Both the position numbers and the translations under genes were made by a program. Under the pieces are notes generated by a model, which was not told the DNA's origin, did no database searches, and saw only the letters and a list, made by a program, of their open reading frames with translations. Below are positions 9,106-19,228 of a stretch of 64,000 bases of DNA, piece after piece (within the stretch, counting starts at the first letter, position 1; each line of letters opens with the position of its first letter). The stretch is from Stenoxybacter acetivorans DSM 19021 (GTDB lineage: Bacteria; Pseudomonadota; Gammaproteobacteria; Burkholderiales; Neisseriaceae): NCBI RefSeq assembly GCF_000745895.1, contig NZ_KN050773.1:4392-68391 (forward strand), written 5' to 3'.

Positions 9106-9798
9106 TTACGGTAAATAATTCACCGGATTGACTGCATTGCCGTTCAACCGAATTTCAAAATGCAGCTTCACGTTTTGTGTACCGCTGCTGCCCATGGTGG
9201 CGATAACATCCCCCGCTTTCACAACTTGACCTTTTTTTACACTCAAACTGTCATTGTGTGCATAAGCCGTGAGTGCGGTTTTGCTGTGCCGCAATAAAAT
9301 CAGCTTACCATATCCGCGCACGCCATCACCCGCATACAACACTGTTCCCGCTGCCGCTGCATGAATGGGAGTACCGCGGGTGCCGCCAATATCAATGCCC
9401 TTTTGCGTTGTCCCGTTGAACGAAGCAAGAATCTGACCGCGAACCGGCCATTGATACTGTGCGTTGGCGTGCTCCTTGGTATCTGTATTGGCTGCTGAAG
9501 CGGTTGATTGGCTTGTCGGTGTCTTTGTTTTTTCAATATTTTTACCGTTCCCGTCTGCTTTCACTTTCAATAACTGCCCTACTTCCAAATTATCGGGATC
9601 ACTCAAACGATTCCAGCGCGATAATGTCTGTACATTTTGGTTGAAACGCCGACTAATCTGATAAAGCGTATCACCTTTCACCACACGGTAATAACCATCA
9701 GGCACTTCTGAGCTGCCTGAAACAGGACTGGAATGCCCCGCACAAGAAGACAATACAACACAACACAACGCGGCTTCTAAGATGCGTTTTAAACGCAT
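9106..9798 (-). CDS. nlpD: LysM-domain M23 peptidase lipoprotein (NlpD-like)
   Basis: Lipobox LSSCAG, then a LysM motif (YRVVKGDTLYQISRRF), then an M23 peptidase region (GIDIGG..GTPI.A, HNDSL). Confidence 0.8.
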   Translation of the reverse strand: MRLKRILEAALCCVVLSSCAGHSSPVSGSSEVPDGYYRVVKGDTLYQISRRFNQNVQTLSRWNRLSDPDNLEVGQLLKVKADGNGKNIEKTKTPTSQSTASAANTDTKEHANAQYQWPVRGQILASFNGTTQKGIDIGGTRGTPIHAAAAGTVLYAGDGVRGYGKLILLRHSKTALTAYAHNDSLSVKKGQVVKAGDVIATMGSSGTQNVKLHFEIRLNGNAVNPVNYLP

Positions 9799-9939
9799 GC
9801 AGGCAGATAAGAAAGTAGAAAATGTAAACATGAGCGAAGATTAACAAATCAAATCTTATTCGGCAATTCGGGAGTCAAGAAAATCAAAAAATCGGTTTCA
9901 CAATTATTGACGGAAACTTAATGTTTCTGTATAGTGCGC

Positions 9940-10042
9940 TCTTCTCAACGGAGAATTGGCCGAGTGGTCGAAGGCGCTCCCCTGCTAAGGGAGTATACGG
10001 GCAAAACCTGTATCAAGGGTTCGAATCCCTTATTCTCCGCCA
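9940..10042 (+). tRNA. tRNA-Ser (anticodon GCT), CCA encoded
   Basis: Cloverleaf read by eye. The acceptor ggagaat pairs with attctcc. The anticodon loop is ctGCTaa. There is a long variable arm, and the T-arm is gggttcgaatccc. Confidence 0.9.
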
Positions 10043-10770
10043 TAATATTTTTGTTGTTTTTATAAACAGACAAAACACAAAACGGGTTAAGATTTCAATG
10101 TCTTGCTCGTTTTTTATTTTTCTAAGTAACGCATACAATTTAATTGATTGCGGCAACACCGATTTACTGCTTGTTCATTAAATCACTTAATAGCAAAAGC
10201 AATGTTTTAATCTCTTTGGGTCATATTCCCTGCCGCTCTGCGGCATATCATTCGAGAATAGGTGCATACCTACAGTCGCTATGTACAAAAGCAGGGATTT
10301 GAGGAATATAAAAAACTTTATAATGATTTGCAACTGAAATTATTTCATCAAACACCTCATCGCTCTGCGGCGAGGTTGTTTATTTGCCAATTGAATTAAT
10401 TTTTTTAATACTAACGGGTGTGAAGAAACTGCTTGCCAAGCCATTCCGATCAACAGTGGTTTTTTCATGCCATTTCTCGTTACAAAAATGTGGCTTGTTG
10501 ATCTAAATTATACAAAAAATCATATCCACAAATCCAGCAAACAACCAGAACCATTCACCGTAATGCTGTCACAAATAATCAAAAACCAATTAAATTTCAA
10601 TTTATTAAAAAATGCCACACCAATCAATACGCCTTTTGCTATAGTTCCCCCTGAGCAAAATGTTTTTCAGCATGGCTTACAGGCAGGGGTTACTCACCCC
10701 GCCGGTGCGCGAAAGTCGGTTTTTGCTGTCACGTTCGCGTATGCCGCCCGCTGAAAACGCTTTGTTCCCC

Positions 10771-10842
10771 ATTTGGAACGCCTTGGCGGTCAGGCAATCA
10801 GTTCATCACTGATGAAGGCGGGTTCGATTCCCGCTCCAAAAC
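10771..10842 (+). other. degenerate tRNA-like element (full cloverleaf can be drawn, anticodon CAT, but C37 and an A-A mismatch at the first acceptor pair)
   Basis: atttgga / ac / gcct-tggcggtc-aggc / a / atcag-ttcatca-ctgat / gaag / gcggg-ttcgatt-cccgc / tccaaaa / c. Confidence 0.3.
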
Positions 10843-10853
10843 TGGAAACCGAT

Positions 10854-10883
10854 AGGTCGTGGGTTCGACTCCCACTCCAACTA
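10854..10883 (+). other. tRNA 3'-half-like fragment (variable loop, T-arm, acceptor 3' strand); att-site-like remnant
   Basis: aggtc-gtggg-ttcgact-cccac-tccaact-a, no CCA. Confidence 0.3.
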
Positions 10884-11148
10884 TGTCACTGTAAATGACG
10901 ATTGTAAAGTAACACCCGCTGGCTGCGGATGGCGCAAGCCCCCCGCCGCTGATCCGGCCGACGCCCTGCCTGCGCAAGCGGCACGGTTTGAGGCACGGAA
11001 GTTTGCAATGTAGTTAGACATTCGCGGCAACAATATCGCCCGAACGAAAACGGGCAACGCCGACTTCCTCCTCACCCCGCCCCGCCCGCGTCGAATGGGA
11101 AGCCCGCTGGGTCAGTGCCCTGCCGGCACCTTGATAAAGGGCACAAAA

Positions 11149-12285
11149 ATGTGGCAAAAATTTGTAGTACGCATAAATGAAAAAGGTATCTTGACCCGCG
11201 ATGGCGATTTTCGCGCCATTCTGGAACCGAGGCGTTACTGGCTTCTGCCTTTCGGCGGAAAGCCCGCAGTCTCCACTTGTGCGCAGGATTCCATAATGCC
11301 TGCCGAGGCGGTGGTTGATTATCTGCTGAAAAATCAGCCCGCCGAAGCGGAAAAACATTTTATCAGCATGATTCTGAAAGACAACGAAGCCGGTTTGCGC
11401 TTCGAGAATGATGTATTGGTCGAAGTGCTGGCACCGGGCGTGCGCCGCTTTATCTGGAAAGGTTTGAAAACGCATCATCTGGAGCGTTTCGACCTTGACG
11501 CCGGTGCGGAATTGCCCGCACCGATGGTTGCCCGCCTGAACGCCGCCAACATGAAAACCCGCGTGCCGGGGCTGGAGGGCATTCTGGTTGCGCAAGTGCC
11601 TGCCTACCACATCGGCATACTTGGCGTGAATGGTCGCGTCAGCGAATTGCTGCAACCGGGAACACGCGCTTTCTGGCGGTTCAACCGAGATATTCAACTG
11701 GAACTGGTCGATACCCGTTTGCAGGTGATGGAAGTCAGCGGGCAGGAAATCCTGACCAAAGATCGCGTGGGGCTGCGCCTCAACCTCGTTGCAAGCTGGC
11801 GTTATACAGATGTGCAACACGCCTTCGCGCAGGTAGGCAAACCCGTCGATTACCTGTACCGCGAATTGCAGTTCGGTTTGCGCGCCGCCGTCGGCACACG
11901 CAGCATTGACGCGATTCTGGAAAACAAACAAGATATTGACGAACTGGTTGCCGCGCACATTCGCTCAAAGATGATCGGTTTCGGCATTGAAGTCAGCAGC
12001 CTCGGCGTGCGCGACATCGTGTTGCCGGGCGAGATGAAAAACATCCTCGCCCGCGTTGTGGAAGCGGAAAAATCAGCGGAAGCCAATGTCATCCGCCGAC
12101 GCGAAGAAACCGCGGCAACGCGCTCGCTGTTGAACACCGCCAAAGTGATGGAGGGCAACCCTGTCGCCCTGCGTCTGAAAGAACTGGAAACGCTGGAACG
12201 GGTGGCGGAACGTATTGACCGCATCTCCGTTTTCGGCGGACTGGATCAGGTGTTGAATGGTTTGGTAACGTTAAAGGCAGAGTAA
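11149..12285 (+). CDS. SPFH/band-7 (stomatin/HflKC-like) domain protein on a GC-rich foreign islet
   Basis: Band-7-like segment: ...GVRDIVLPGEMKNILARVVEAEKSAEANVIRRREETAATRS. The gene is ~60% GC versus ~46% for the surrounding DNA. The most likely start is the ATG at 11149 (MWQKFVV). Confidence 0.7.
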   Translation: MWQKFVVRINEKGILTRDGDFRAILEPRRYWLLPFGGKPAVSTCAQDSIMPAEAVVDYLLKNQPAEAEKHFISMILKDNEAGLRFENDVLVEVLAPGVRRFIWKGLKTHHLERFDLDAGAELPAPMVARLNAANMKTRVPGLEGILVAQVPAYHIGILGVNGRVSELLQPGTRAFWRFNRDIQLELVDTRLQVMEVSGQEILTKDRVGLRLNLVASWRYTDVQHAFAQVGKPVDYLYRELQFGLRAAVGTRSIDAILENKQDIDELVAAHIRSKMIGFGIEVSSLGVRDIVLPGEMKNILARVVEAEKSAEANVIRRREETAATRSLLNTAKVMEGNPVALRLKELETLERVAERIDRISVFGGLDQVLNGLVTLKAE

Positions 12286-12365
12286 ATCAACCGGCGGGAA
12301 GTTTTGAACGAACGACCTGCTGGTTTTGGTTCAACACAAAAAAGGATGAATAACAATCCAGAACT

Positions 12366-13262
12366 TCATTTCTCTTTTTCTTCTTTGCGTTTGGCTCGCG
12401 GGTGGGCTTCATCATAAACCCTTGCCAAATGATCAAAATCCAAAGCCGTGTATTGCTGTGTGGTACTTAAACTGCTGTGTCCCAGTAACTCTTGTATCGC
12501 GCGAATATCGCCTGCGTTTTGCAGTAAATGACTGGCAAAGCTGTGGCGCAGCATGTGCGGTGATAAATGGCGATCAGCACCGCGTTCACTTGCCCATAAA
12601 TTAAGCCGATTTTGAATCTGACGCGTACTGAGCCTTTTACCGAATCGGTTGGTAAATACCGCTGTTTCATTATCCGTTGCTTGCCGATGCGGCAAATAGG
12701 CATTTAAAGCAACCGTGCTTGTTTGCCCCAGCGGCACATGCCGTTGTTTACCGCCTTTACCCAACACGCGCACCCAACCTTCCGTCAGCATCACATCAGC
12801 CAGATTTAAGTTAGCGGCTTCGCTTAAACGCAAGCCGCTGCCATACAGCAACTCAAACAGTGCCTGATCACGCAATGCCAATGCGTTGTCATCACTCGGG
12901 CGATCAAACCATGTATTTAAAGGTTCGGCAGCAACAGCTTTAGGTAAACGCTGTGATTTTTTCGGGATTTTCAGCTGCCGTGCAGGATTATCGGTTAATA
13001 CGCCTTGCTGCAGCCAATAATCAAAAAATACGCGCCACGCGCTGATTTTTCGTCCCAAACTGGCTGCCTGAAGACCTTCAGCACTGAGTTTTTTTAATAC
13101 AGCGGTCAGCATCAATACAGTTAGCTCTGCAATAACGGTGCTTTCAGGTAGCCTGTTTTGCAATTGCCGCAAATCACGCCGATATGCTGCGCAAGTGTGT
13201 GTCGATGCCCCTTTTTGCTGTGTGTGCGTCAAGAAAATCTCAATTTCTTGCCAAACTTGCAT
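12366..13262 (-). CDS. xerC: tyrosine site-specific recombinase, Xer family (XerC-like)
   Basis: 298 aa. The C-terminus, HMLRHSFASHLL...LGHSSLSTTQQYTALDFDHLARVYDEAHPRA, includes the catalytic Tyr region. Confidence 0.75.
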   Translation of the reverse strand: MQVWQEIEIFLTHTQQKGASTHTCAAYRRDLRQLQNRLPESTVIAELTVLMLTAVLKKLSAEGLQAASLGRKISAWRVFFDYWLQQGVLTDNPARQLKIPKKSQRLPKAVAAEPLNTWFDRPSDDNALALRDQALFELLYGSGLRLSEAANLNLADVMLTEGWVRVLGKGGKQRHVPLGQTSTVALNAYLPHRQATDNETAVFTNRFGKRLSTRQIQNRLNLWASERGADRHLSPHMLRHSFASHLLQNAGDIRAIQELLGHSSLSTTQQYTALDFDHLARVYDEAHPRAKRKEEKEK

Positions 13263-13496
13263 GTTTTACCCACCCAAATATTGACCATTTTGCGGTAATC
13301 ACCATAATTCAATGCAAAGAGATACGCAAGCATTGAAAAATAAAATCGGGTTCTTCAAACCTATTGCACTCATTGTACAATAGTTAATTCGCTGTTTTGT
13401 CATTGGCTTACCCGCAAACCAATTTTTTCAGCATCACTATTCCAACATCATTAAATCTAAATATTTGGCATCACCTCCACTTTTTACTATAATCAC

Positions 13497-13581
13497 TATC
13501 TGCAAATGCAGGGGAACGCGTAAGCGTTGAGAAGGTAAAACCTGACCCTTTGAACCTGTTAGTTCATACTAGCGTAGGGAG
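13497..13581 (+). ncRNA. TPP (THI-box) riboswitch aptamer upstream of thiD-thiM-thiE
   Basis: ggggaacgcg..cgttgagaagg...acctgaccctttgaacctgttagttcatactagcgtagggag matches the THI element core (CUGAGA, ACCUGA and GCGUAGGGA blocks). Confidence 0.8.
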
Positions 13582-13616
13582 CATGATGAGATTAATGAAT
13601 CAGTTGATAACTGATG

Positions 13617-13666
13617 AAACTCCGTGCTTTTGATGATTTTCAAAAGCACGGAGTTTTTATTTTTTA
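13617..13666 (+). terminator. intrinsic terminator acting as the riboswitch expression platform
   Basis: 16-bp perfect stem (aactccgtgcttttga / tcaaaagcacggagtt) followed by tttttatttttt. Confidence 0.75.
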
Positions 13667-13740
13667 TCGATGGTTTATTGATTTTTTATCATCACTGCCT
13701 TGCGCAGCCTATTTTGGCATAACGCAGAATTAAGGATATT

Positions 13741-14553
13741 TTGATGATAAAAAAAGTATTAACCATTGCGGGAAGCGACTGCAGCGGCGGAGCCGGTATT
13801 CAGGCAGATTTAAAAACATTCTCAGCGCACGGCACATACGGCATGAGCGTGATTACATCAGTGGTGGCTGAAAATACCTGCACCGTTGCCGATATACAAA
13901 ATATTCACACAGATATTATCACTAAACAAATGGATTGCGTGTTTGAAGATATTTTTCCCGAAGCCGTGAAAATCGGCATGTTGTCCACACCGGAAATTAT
14001 GATTACCGTGGCGGAGTGCCTGGCAAATTGGCTGCCTGAAAACATTGTGGTGGACCCGGTAATGTATGCAAAAAACGGTTGTGCACTGATGAAAGAATCT
14101 TCAGTTAACACACTGATTCAAAGAATCATTCCCCTTGCTGACGTATTAACACCCAATATTCCCGAAGCCGAAAAAATTTCAGGCATATCCATCAATCATC
14201 AACAAGATATGGAACAAGCTGCCCGAATCATTCAACAAATGGGTGCGAAAACAGTGTTGGTAAAAGGCGGGCACAAAATAGGTGATGCGATTGATGTGTT
14301 ATACGACGGCAAAAGCTTTTATTATTTTTCATCAGCACGCATCAACACCAAAAACACACACGGAACAGGCTGCACCTACTCTTCCGCCATCGCCGCCAAT
14401 TTAGCAAATGGTTTGCCGATTTTACAAGCGATTACCCGCGCAAAATCCTATATCACCACCGCAATTGAACACGCGCTCAATCTGGGTAAAGGCAATGGAC
14501 CCACAAATCATTTTTACGATTTATATCAACACGGATTACAGGAAGCATCATGA
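13741..14553 (+). CDS. thiD: hydroxymethylpyrimidine/phosphomethylpyrimidine kinase
   Basis: The N-terminal block VLTIAGSDCSGGAGIQADLKT and the later GTGCTYSSAIAA block are characteristic of ThiD. Confidence 0.9.
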   Translation: MMIKKVLTIAGSDCSGGAGIQADLKTFSAHGTYGMSVITSVVAENTCTVADIQNIHTDIITKQMDCVFEDIFPEAVKIGMLSTPEIMITVAECLANWLPENIVVDPVMYAKNGCALMKESSVNTLIQRIIPLADVLTPNIPEAEKISGISINHQQDMEQAARIIQQMGAKTVLVKGGHKIGDAIDVLYDGKSFYYFSSARINTKNTHGTGCTYSSAIAANLANGLPILQAITRAKSYITTAIEHALNLGKGNGPTNHFYDLYQHGLQEAS

Positions 14554-15365
14554 GAAAATACAAACAAGCACTTGATTATTTAAGAGAAAAATGCCCGCTG
14601 GTACATCAAATCACCAATTACGTTACCGTAAACGACTGTGCCAACATCACACTTGCCATTGGCGCATCACCCATTATGGCTGACGACATTAACGAAGTGG
14701 CAGAAATTGCCCAGTTAAGCCAAGCGGTTGTGCTGAATATCGGCACACTCAATCAAATACACATTTCCGCCATGATTGAAGCGGGCAAAGCCGCCAATCA
14801 AAAACAGATACCGGTTATTTTAGACCCCGTCGGCGCGGGTGCATCACATCTGCGCAGTGATACTGTTCAAATCTTGCTGTCTGAAATTCAATTCACCGTG
14901 ATTCGCGGCAATATTTCGGAAATGCTCTTTCTGGCGGGGTTACAAGCCCAAATTTACGGTGTGGACGCCGGTAAAGCCGACATAACCCCAAAGCAACAAA
15001 CGCTTTCCATCGCTCAAAACATCGCTAAAACGCACCATTGCACAGCGGTTATTACCGGTGCTTGCGATATTGTTGCCGACCAAATCCAAGCCGCTTTTAT
15101 TCATAATGGGCATCCCATGATGGCAAACATCACAGGAACGGGCTGCATGAGCACTGCGTTAATCGGTAGTTTTTGCGGTGCAAACCCTGATTTGCCTTTT
15201 GATTCGGCTGTTGCGGCATTATTGGTTATGGGCATCGCCGGAGAAATTGCACACAAACAAGCAGGGCATCTGGGCAATGGCAGTTTTCGCGCAGCCCTGC
15301 ATGATGCCGTAAGCCAGATGACTACAGAAACTTTAGTAAAAATGGCAAAATTCAATGACGCCTGA
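14550..15365 (+). CDS. thiM: hydroxyethylthiazole kinase
   Basis: ThiM family similarity; overlaps the thiD stop (ATGA). Confidence 0.85.
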   Translation: MRKYKQALDYLREKCPLVHQITNYVTVNDCANITLAIGASPIMADDINEVAEIAQLSQAVVLNIGTLNQIHISAMIEAGKAANQKQIPVILDPVGAGASHLRSDTVQILLSEIQFTVIRGNISEMLFLAGLQAQIYGVDAGKADITPKQQTLSIAQNIAKTHHCTAVITGACDIVADQIQAAFIHNGHPMMANITGTGCMSTALIGSFCGANPDLPFDSAVAALLVMGIAGEIAHKQAGHLGNGSFRAALHDAVSQMTTETLVKMAKFNDA

Positions 15366-15981
15366 TTATTCTGTGTATTTGGTAACCGACCGCCAATTAC
15401 TCAATGGAAAAATGCTGCCTGAAACCGTGGAACAAGCCATTTTGGGCGGCGTCGGGGTGGTGCAATTACGTGAAAAAAACAGCTCATCGGCTGAATTTTA
15501 TCAATTGGCACAAGAACTGCACATGCTAACCCGCCGCTATCATGTACCGCTCATTATCAATGATCGAGCGGACATTGCTTTGGCAATAGATGCCGACGGC
15601 GTACACATCGGACAAGAAGACCTGCCCGCAGACAAGGTGCGTGCTTTGCTTGGTTCGGACAAAATACTGGGGGTGTCTGTTCATTGCGTTGCCCAAGCTA
15701 TTAAAGCACAGCAAGACGGTGCTGATTACTTGGGTGTCGGCGCAGTATTTGCCACGCCCACCAAGTCAAATGCCAATGTGCTTTCCGTTTCAGAAATCAA
15801 AAGAATTTTAGCGGCAGTCAATCTCCCCGTTGTGCTTATCGGCGGTTTGAACACCCAAAATATCGGACAATTTATTGATTTAAAAATCGCCGGCATTGCC
15901 GTTGTATCCGCGATTATCGGACACGACAACCCGCAGTCTGCTGCCCGTGAAATCAAGCAGATTTTAAGCAGGAAAAGGTAG
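15355..15981 (+). CDS. thiE: thiamine-phosphate synthase
   Basis: ThiE family similarity; completes the thiD-thiM-thiE operon. Confidence 0.85.
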   Translation: MTPDYSVYLVTDRQLLNGKMLPETVEQAILGGVGVVQLREKNSSSAEFYQLAQELHMLTRRYHVPLIINDRADIALAIDADGVHIGQEDLPADKVRALLGSDKILGVSVHCVAQAIKAQQDGADYLGVGAVFATPTKSNANVLSVSEIKRILAAVNLPVVLIGGLNTQNIGQFIDLKIAGIAVVSAIIGHDNPQSAAREIKQILSRKR

Positions 15982-16276
15982 CTGCCAATCTTTAGGTTGT
16001 TGTCATTCAGCGTCTGGGCGCGGCTTTCACCGTGCCCAGACCACACATCACTCGCAACCTCGCCCTTTAAGGCGGGGTTTCTAACCAACAAGGAAGAATG
16101 ATAAAGCAAAGGCTTGATTGAAAAACAGAATGCGTTTTAGTCGCAACGTATCAATTATATTGAAAATATTGGATAAAAAACGCAGTCATGGTTTTGAAAA
16201 CCAGCCGCAACAATCATTTTAAAATCAAGATAAGATGAAACCAACGCATTATTTTCAAACCAAAAACCAGCTCAAT

Positions 16277-16912
16277 TCAGATACCAATGATGCCTGGTAA
16301 ACACTTTTCTATCCATTCACGCAAAACAATCAATTTACCGTGAAAAAAATGCCCTGTTTGCGGAACAACCACAATCGGCATGATTTGCTTATTCGCCCAA
16401 TCCAGTGAGTTTTGCAAAGGCACTACTTTATCGGTTTCACCGTGAATCAATAAAGTACGTTTGGGATTGAATGACAGCGGCGCATCGGGTTGATACACAC
16501 CAACAGCTGGTCCCAGCAACAATAAGGCATCGGGTTGGCTTTTTTCGGCAGCAAAAAGGGCGACATAACCGCCAAACGAGAAACCCGCCAAAACATGCTT
16601 CGACACATCAGGATGCTGTGTTTGCGCAAACCGCAGCACTGCCAAGCAATCCTCGGTTTCACCACGACCGAAATCATGTTCCCCTTCACTTTCACCCACA
16701 CCGCGCAAATTAGGCAAGTAACAATGAAAGCCCAATGAAGACAATGCCTTGGCAGCAGTTTGAATCACTTTATTGATAAATGTCCCGCCCTGCAGCGGAT
16801 TGGGATGATTAATGACCGCCACACCCTTCGCTTCGCCTTGTGCGGCAATGTAAATGGTTTGCAGACGACCCGCAGGACCGTGAATAAAAATGATATTTTG
16901 TGTGTTCAGCAT
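16277..16912 (-). CDS. alpha/beta-fold hydrolase (esterase-like)
   Basis: Nucleophile-elbow motif GFSFGG plus a C-terminal His motif. Confidence 0.65.
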   Translation of the reverse strand: MLNTQNIIFIHGPAGRLQTIYIAAQGEAKGVAVINHPNPLQGGTFINKVIQTAAKALSSLGFHCYLPNLRGVGESEGEHDFGRGETEDCLAVLRFAQTQHPDVSKHVLAGFSFGGYVALFAAEKSQPDALLLLGPAVGVYQPDAPLSFNPKRTLLIHGETDKVVPLQNSLDWANKQIMPIVVVPQTGHFFHGKLIVLREWIEKCLPGIIGI

Positions 16913-17050
16913 GGATTTTGATATATTGGTAAAATTTTTTTATCGTTGCAACGAAACTGTTTATTATAATGACCCTGCAGATTAAGTGCTATTGACGGCT
17001 GCCTGAAAATATATTTCATAAAACAAAAATATTAAACAACATAAAGCATT

Positions 17051-17869
17051 ATGCCTGAGCTACCTGAAATTGAAGTAACCCGCCGCGGTATCGCGCCGTA
17101 TATTGAACACAAAATATTTCAATCGGTAGTGGTGCGCCAGCCAAAATTACGCCAAACAGTTGATCCGGAATTACATCGGCATTTGTGCGGACAAACGGTT
17201 TTGTCAATCTCGCGCCGCGCCAAATATTTGTTGTTTCACACATCAACAGGTTGCCTGATGATACATTTGGGCATGTCCGGCAGTCTGCGTGTCTTTTCCG
17301 AACAACACCCGCCGCCGGAAAAACATGACCACGCTGATTTTGTCTTCCACGACAACACATTACTGCGCTTTCGCGATCCGCGCCGTTTTGGTGCTTTATT
17401 GTGGTTTTCAGGCAGCCCTGAACAGCATTCATTGTTACGGCATTTGGGACACGAACCCCTCAGCGAAAATTTTAATGCCGCCTATTTGGCAGCACAGTTA
17501 ACCAAACAAAGCCGTGCGGTTAAATCGGCACTTATGGATAACCGCGTTGTCGTTGGCGTGGGCAATATTTATGCCAATGAAAGCCTGTTTTACGCCGGCA
17601 TTCACCCAATGAAACCCGCCAACCAATTGCACCCTCAAGAATATGAACAACTGGTTATCGCCATAAAAGACGTATTGCACCGTGCCATCAATGCCGGCGG
17701 CAGCACTTTACGCGATTTTGTTAATTCTGATGGCAAAAGTGGCTATTTTCAGCAACAATACGCCGTTTATGGACGCACAAATGAACCATGCCGCGAATGC
17801 GGCGCACCCATTTCCAAAACGACTATTGCCCAGCGCAGTACTTTTTTCTGTTCTGTTTGTCAGCACTAA
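17051..17869 (+). CDS. mutM: formamidopyrimidine-DNA glycosylase
   Basis: N-terminal MPELPEIE; C-terminal zinc finger C..C...C..C. Confidence 0.9.
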   Translation: MPELPEIEVTRRGIAPYIEHKIFQSVVVRQPKLRQTVDPELHRHLCGQTVLSISRRAKYLLFHTSTGCLMIHLGMSGSLRVFSEQHPPPEKHDHADFVFHDNTLLRFRDPRRFGALLWFSGSPEQHSLLRHLGHEPLSENFNAAYLAAQLTKQSRAVKSALMDNRVVVGVGNIYANESLFYAGIHPMKPANQLHPQEYEQLVIAIKDVLHRAINAGGSTLRDFVNSDGKSGYFQQQYAVYGRTNEPCRECGAPISKTTIAQRSTFFCSVCQH

Positions 17870-17885
17870 CCCGAAAAACAACACA

Positions 17886-18659
17886 ATGACTTCTGCCCAA
17901 TATACACCGCTTTCTTTTTACAAACGCCTCTTGCGCCTTGCAAAATTACCCGCTTGGCTTGCCCGCACTTATCGGCGCATCAATACTTTCACTGATTTGT
18001 CTGTTGCCGAACGTAACGACGCATTGGCCGCTATTGCCAACGAAATTTTGGCAATTTTTGATATTCGGTTACACATCAACCGCAGAGACAACACCTCCAT
18101 TACCACCCCCATTTTGGCAGTATCCAATCACATTTCTTGGCTGGATGTTTTTGTGCTGATGTCGCTTTACCCCAGCGGTTTTATCGCCAAACAATCCATT
18201 CGCCGCTGGCCGATTATCGGCAAACTGGCATGGCGCATTGACACCGTGTTTATCAACAGAACCTCTCGCAAAGACACCGACAGCGTTAATCAAGCCATTG
18301 CCCAAGCATTGCTGCGTAATCGCAGCGTTACCTTTTTTCCCGAATCAAAAACCTCCGACGGCATAGGTATTCTGCCGTTTAAAGCAGCCCTTTTTCAGGC
18401 AGCCATTGATACCAACACACCCATTCAAACCATCGCATTGCGCTATTTTGATGAACAACAGCAACGCACCACCGATGCGTCTTACGCACATGTTTCATTA
18501 TTGACTTCTGTGTGGCGGGTTGCCGGACATCACTATATGAACACAGTAGTGGATTTTGCACCACTTATTGACAGCAAACCCGTACCAGCCCTTGATCGCT
18601 TTGAGTTAAAAGACTTAGCTGAACGTTTTGTTGAAAGTAAAGTGTGTACCCAAAAATAA
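17886..18659 (+). CDS. 1-acyl-sn-glycerol-3-phosphate acyltransferase family (PlsC-like)
   Basis: NHISWLD (HX4D) and FPESKTSDG motifs; start taken at the ATG at 17886 after the mutM stop. Confidence 0.75.
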   Translation: MTSAQYTPLSFYKRLLRLAKLPAWLARTYRRINTFTDLSVAERNDALAAIANEILAIFDIRLHINRRDNTSITTPILAVSNHISWLDVFVLMSLYPSGFIAKQSIRRWPIIGKLAWRIDTVFINRTSRKDTDSVNQAIAQALLRNRSVTFFPESKTSDGIGILPFKAALFQAAIDTNTPIQTIALRYFDEQQQRTTDASYAHVSLLTSVWRVAGHHYMNTVVDFAPLIDSKPVPALDRFELKDLAERFVESKVCTQK

Positions 18660-18850
18660 CGGCCAATTGGTTTGCACCTTCTTAAAATACACAGCAAAAC
18701 CATTTAATAAATCTGCTGTTATCGGTTATATTAAAATTTTTCTGTTGAACGCCGTTAAAAGTTGTAAAATTAACAGCCGTGCAGCTTCAGTGTATGCTGC
18801 GTTGTTTATTTTGGTTCATGTCTCTAACATCGTTTTTAGGGGAAGCTGCA

Positions 18851-19228
18851 ATGCAAAAAAGAAGGCCGAAATTCCTTGATATAGCAAAAATACGCTTGTC
18901 GATTCCGGCAATTGTATCCATTTTGCACAGGGCAAGCGGCGTGGGGTTGTTTATTTTCCTTCCGCTCATTCTGTGGCTGTTTTCAGGCACTTTATCTGAT
19001 GAGTCCGCATTCAACACTTATCAGACTTGGGTACATAATCCTTTGGTGATTATCATACTAATCGGTTTACTCTGGGCGTATTTGCACCACGCATTTGCCG
19101 GTATCCGATTTCTGTTTTTAGATGTACACAAAGGTTTAGAACTCTCTACTGCCCGCGCCACATCTAAAATTGTTTTTGTTTCAGCCATTGTGCTGACTGT
19201 TCTTATTGCAGGAGCATGCTTATTATGA
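18851..19228 (+). CDS. sdhC: succinate dehydrogenase cytochrome b556 subunit
   Basis: membrane anchor; operon context. Confidence 0.8.
   Translation: MQKRRPKFLDIAKIRLSIPAIVSILHRASGVGLFIFLPLILWLFSGTLSDESAFNTYQTWVHNPLVIIILIGLLWAYLHHAFAGIRFLFLDVHKGLELSTARATSKIVFVSAIVLTVLIAGACLL

Noticed and set aside
9921-10181. 86-aa ORF
   Set aside because: It overlaps tRNA-Ser on the same strand, so it is spurious.
10740-10900. Possible tmRNA (ssrA) or two-piece tmRNA, suggested by the two T-arm-like GGGTTCGAYTCCC motifs
   Set aside because: There is no tag-peptide reading frame such as ANDE.YALAA, no tmRNA 5' acceptor GGGG.. element, and neither motif ends in CCA. They are better explained as a tRNA-like remnant plus a 3'-half att fragment.
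11014-11958. 314-aa minus-strand ORF overlapping the SPFH gene
   Set aside because: It is antisense to a well-supported band-7 ORF in a 60% GC region where spurious long ORFs are expected, and it has no motif.
17682-17885. N-terminal extension of the acyltransferase ORF (start at 17682)
   Set aside because: It would overlap the mutM C-terminus by 190 nt. The ATG at 17886, just after the mutM stop, gives a normal PlsC-sized protein.
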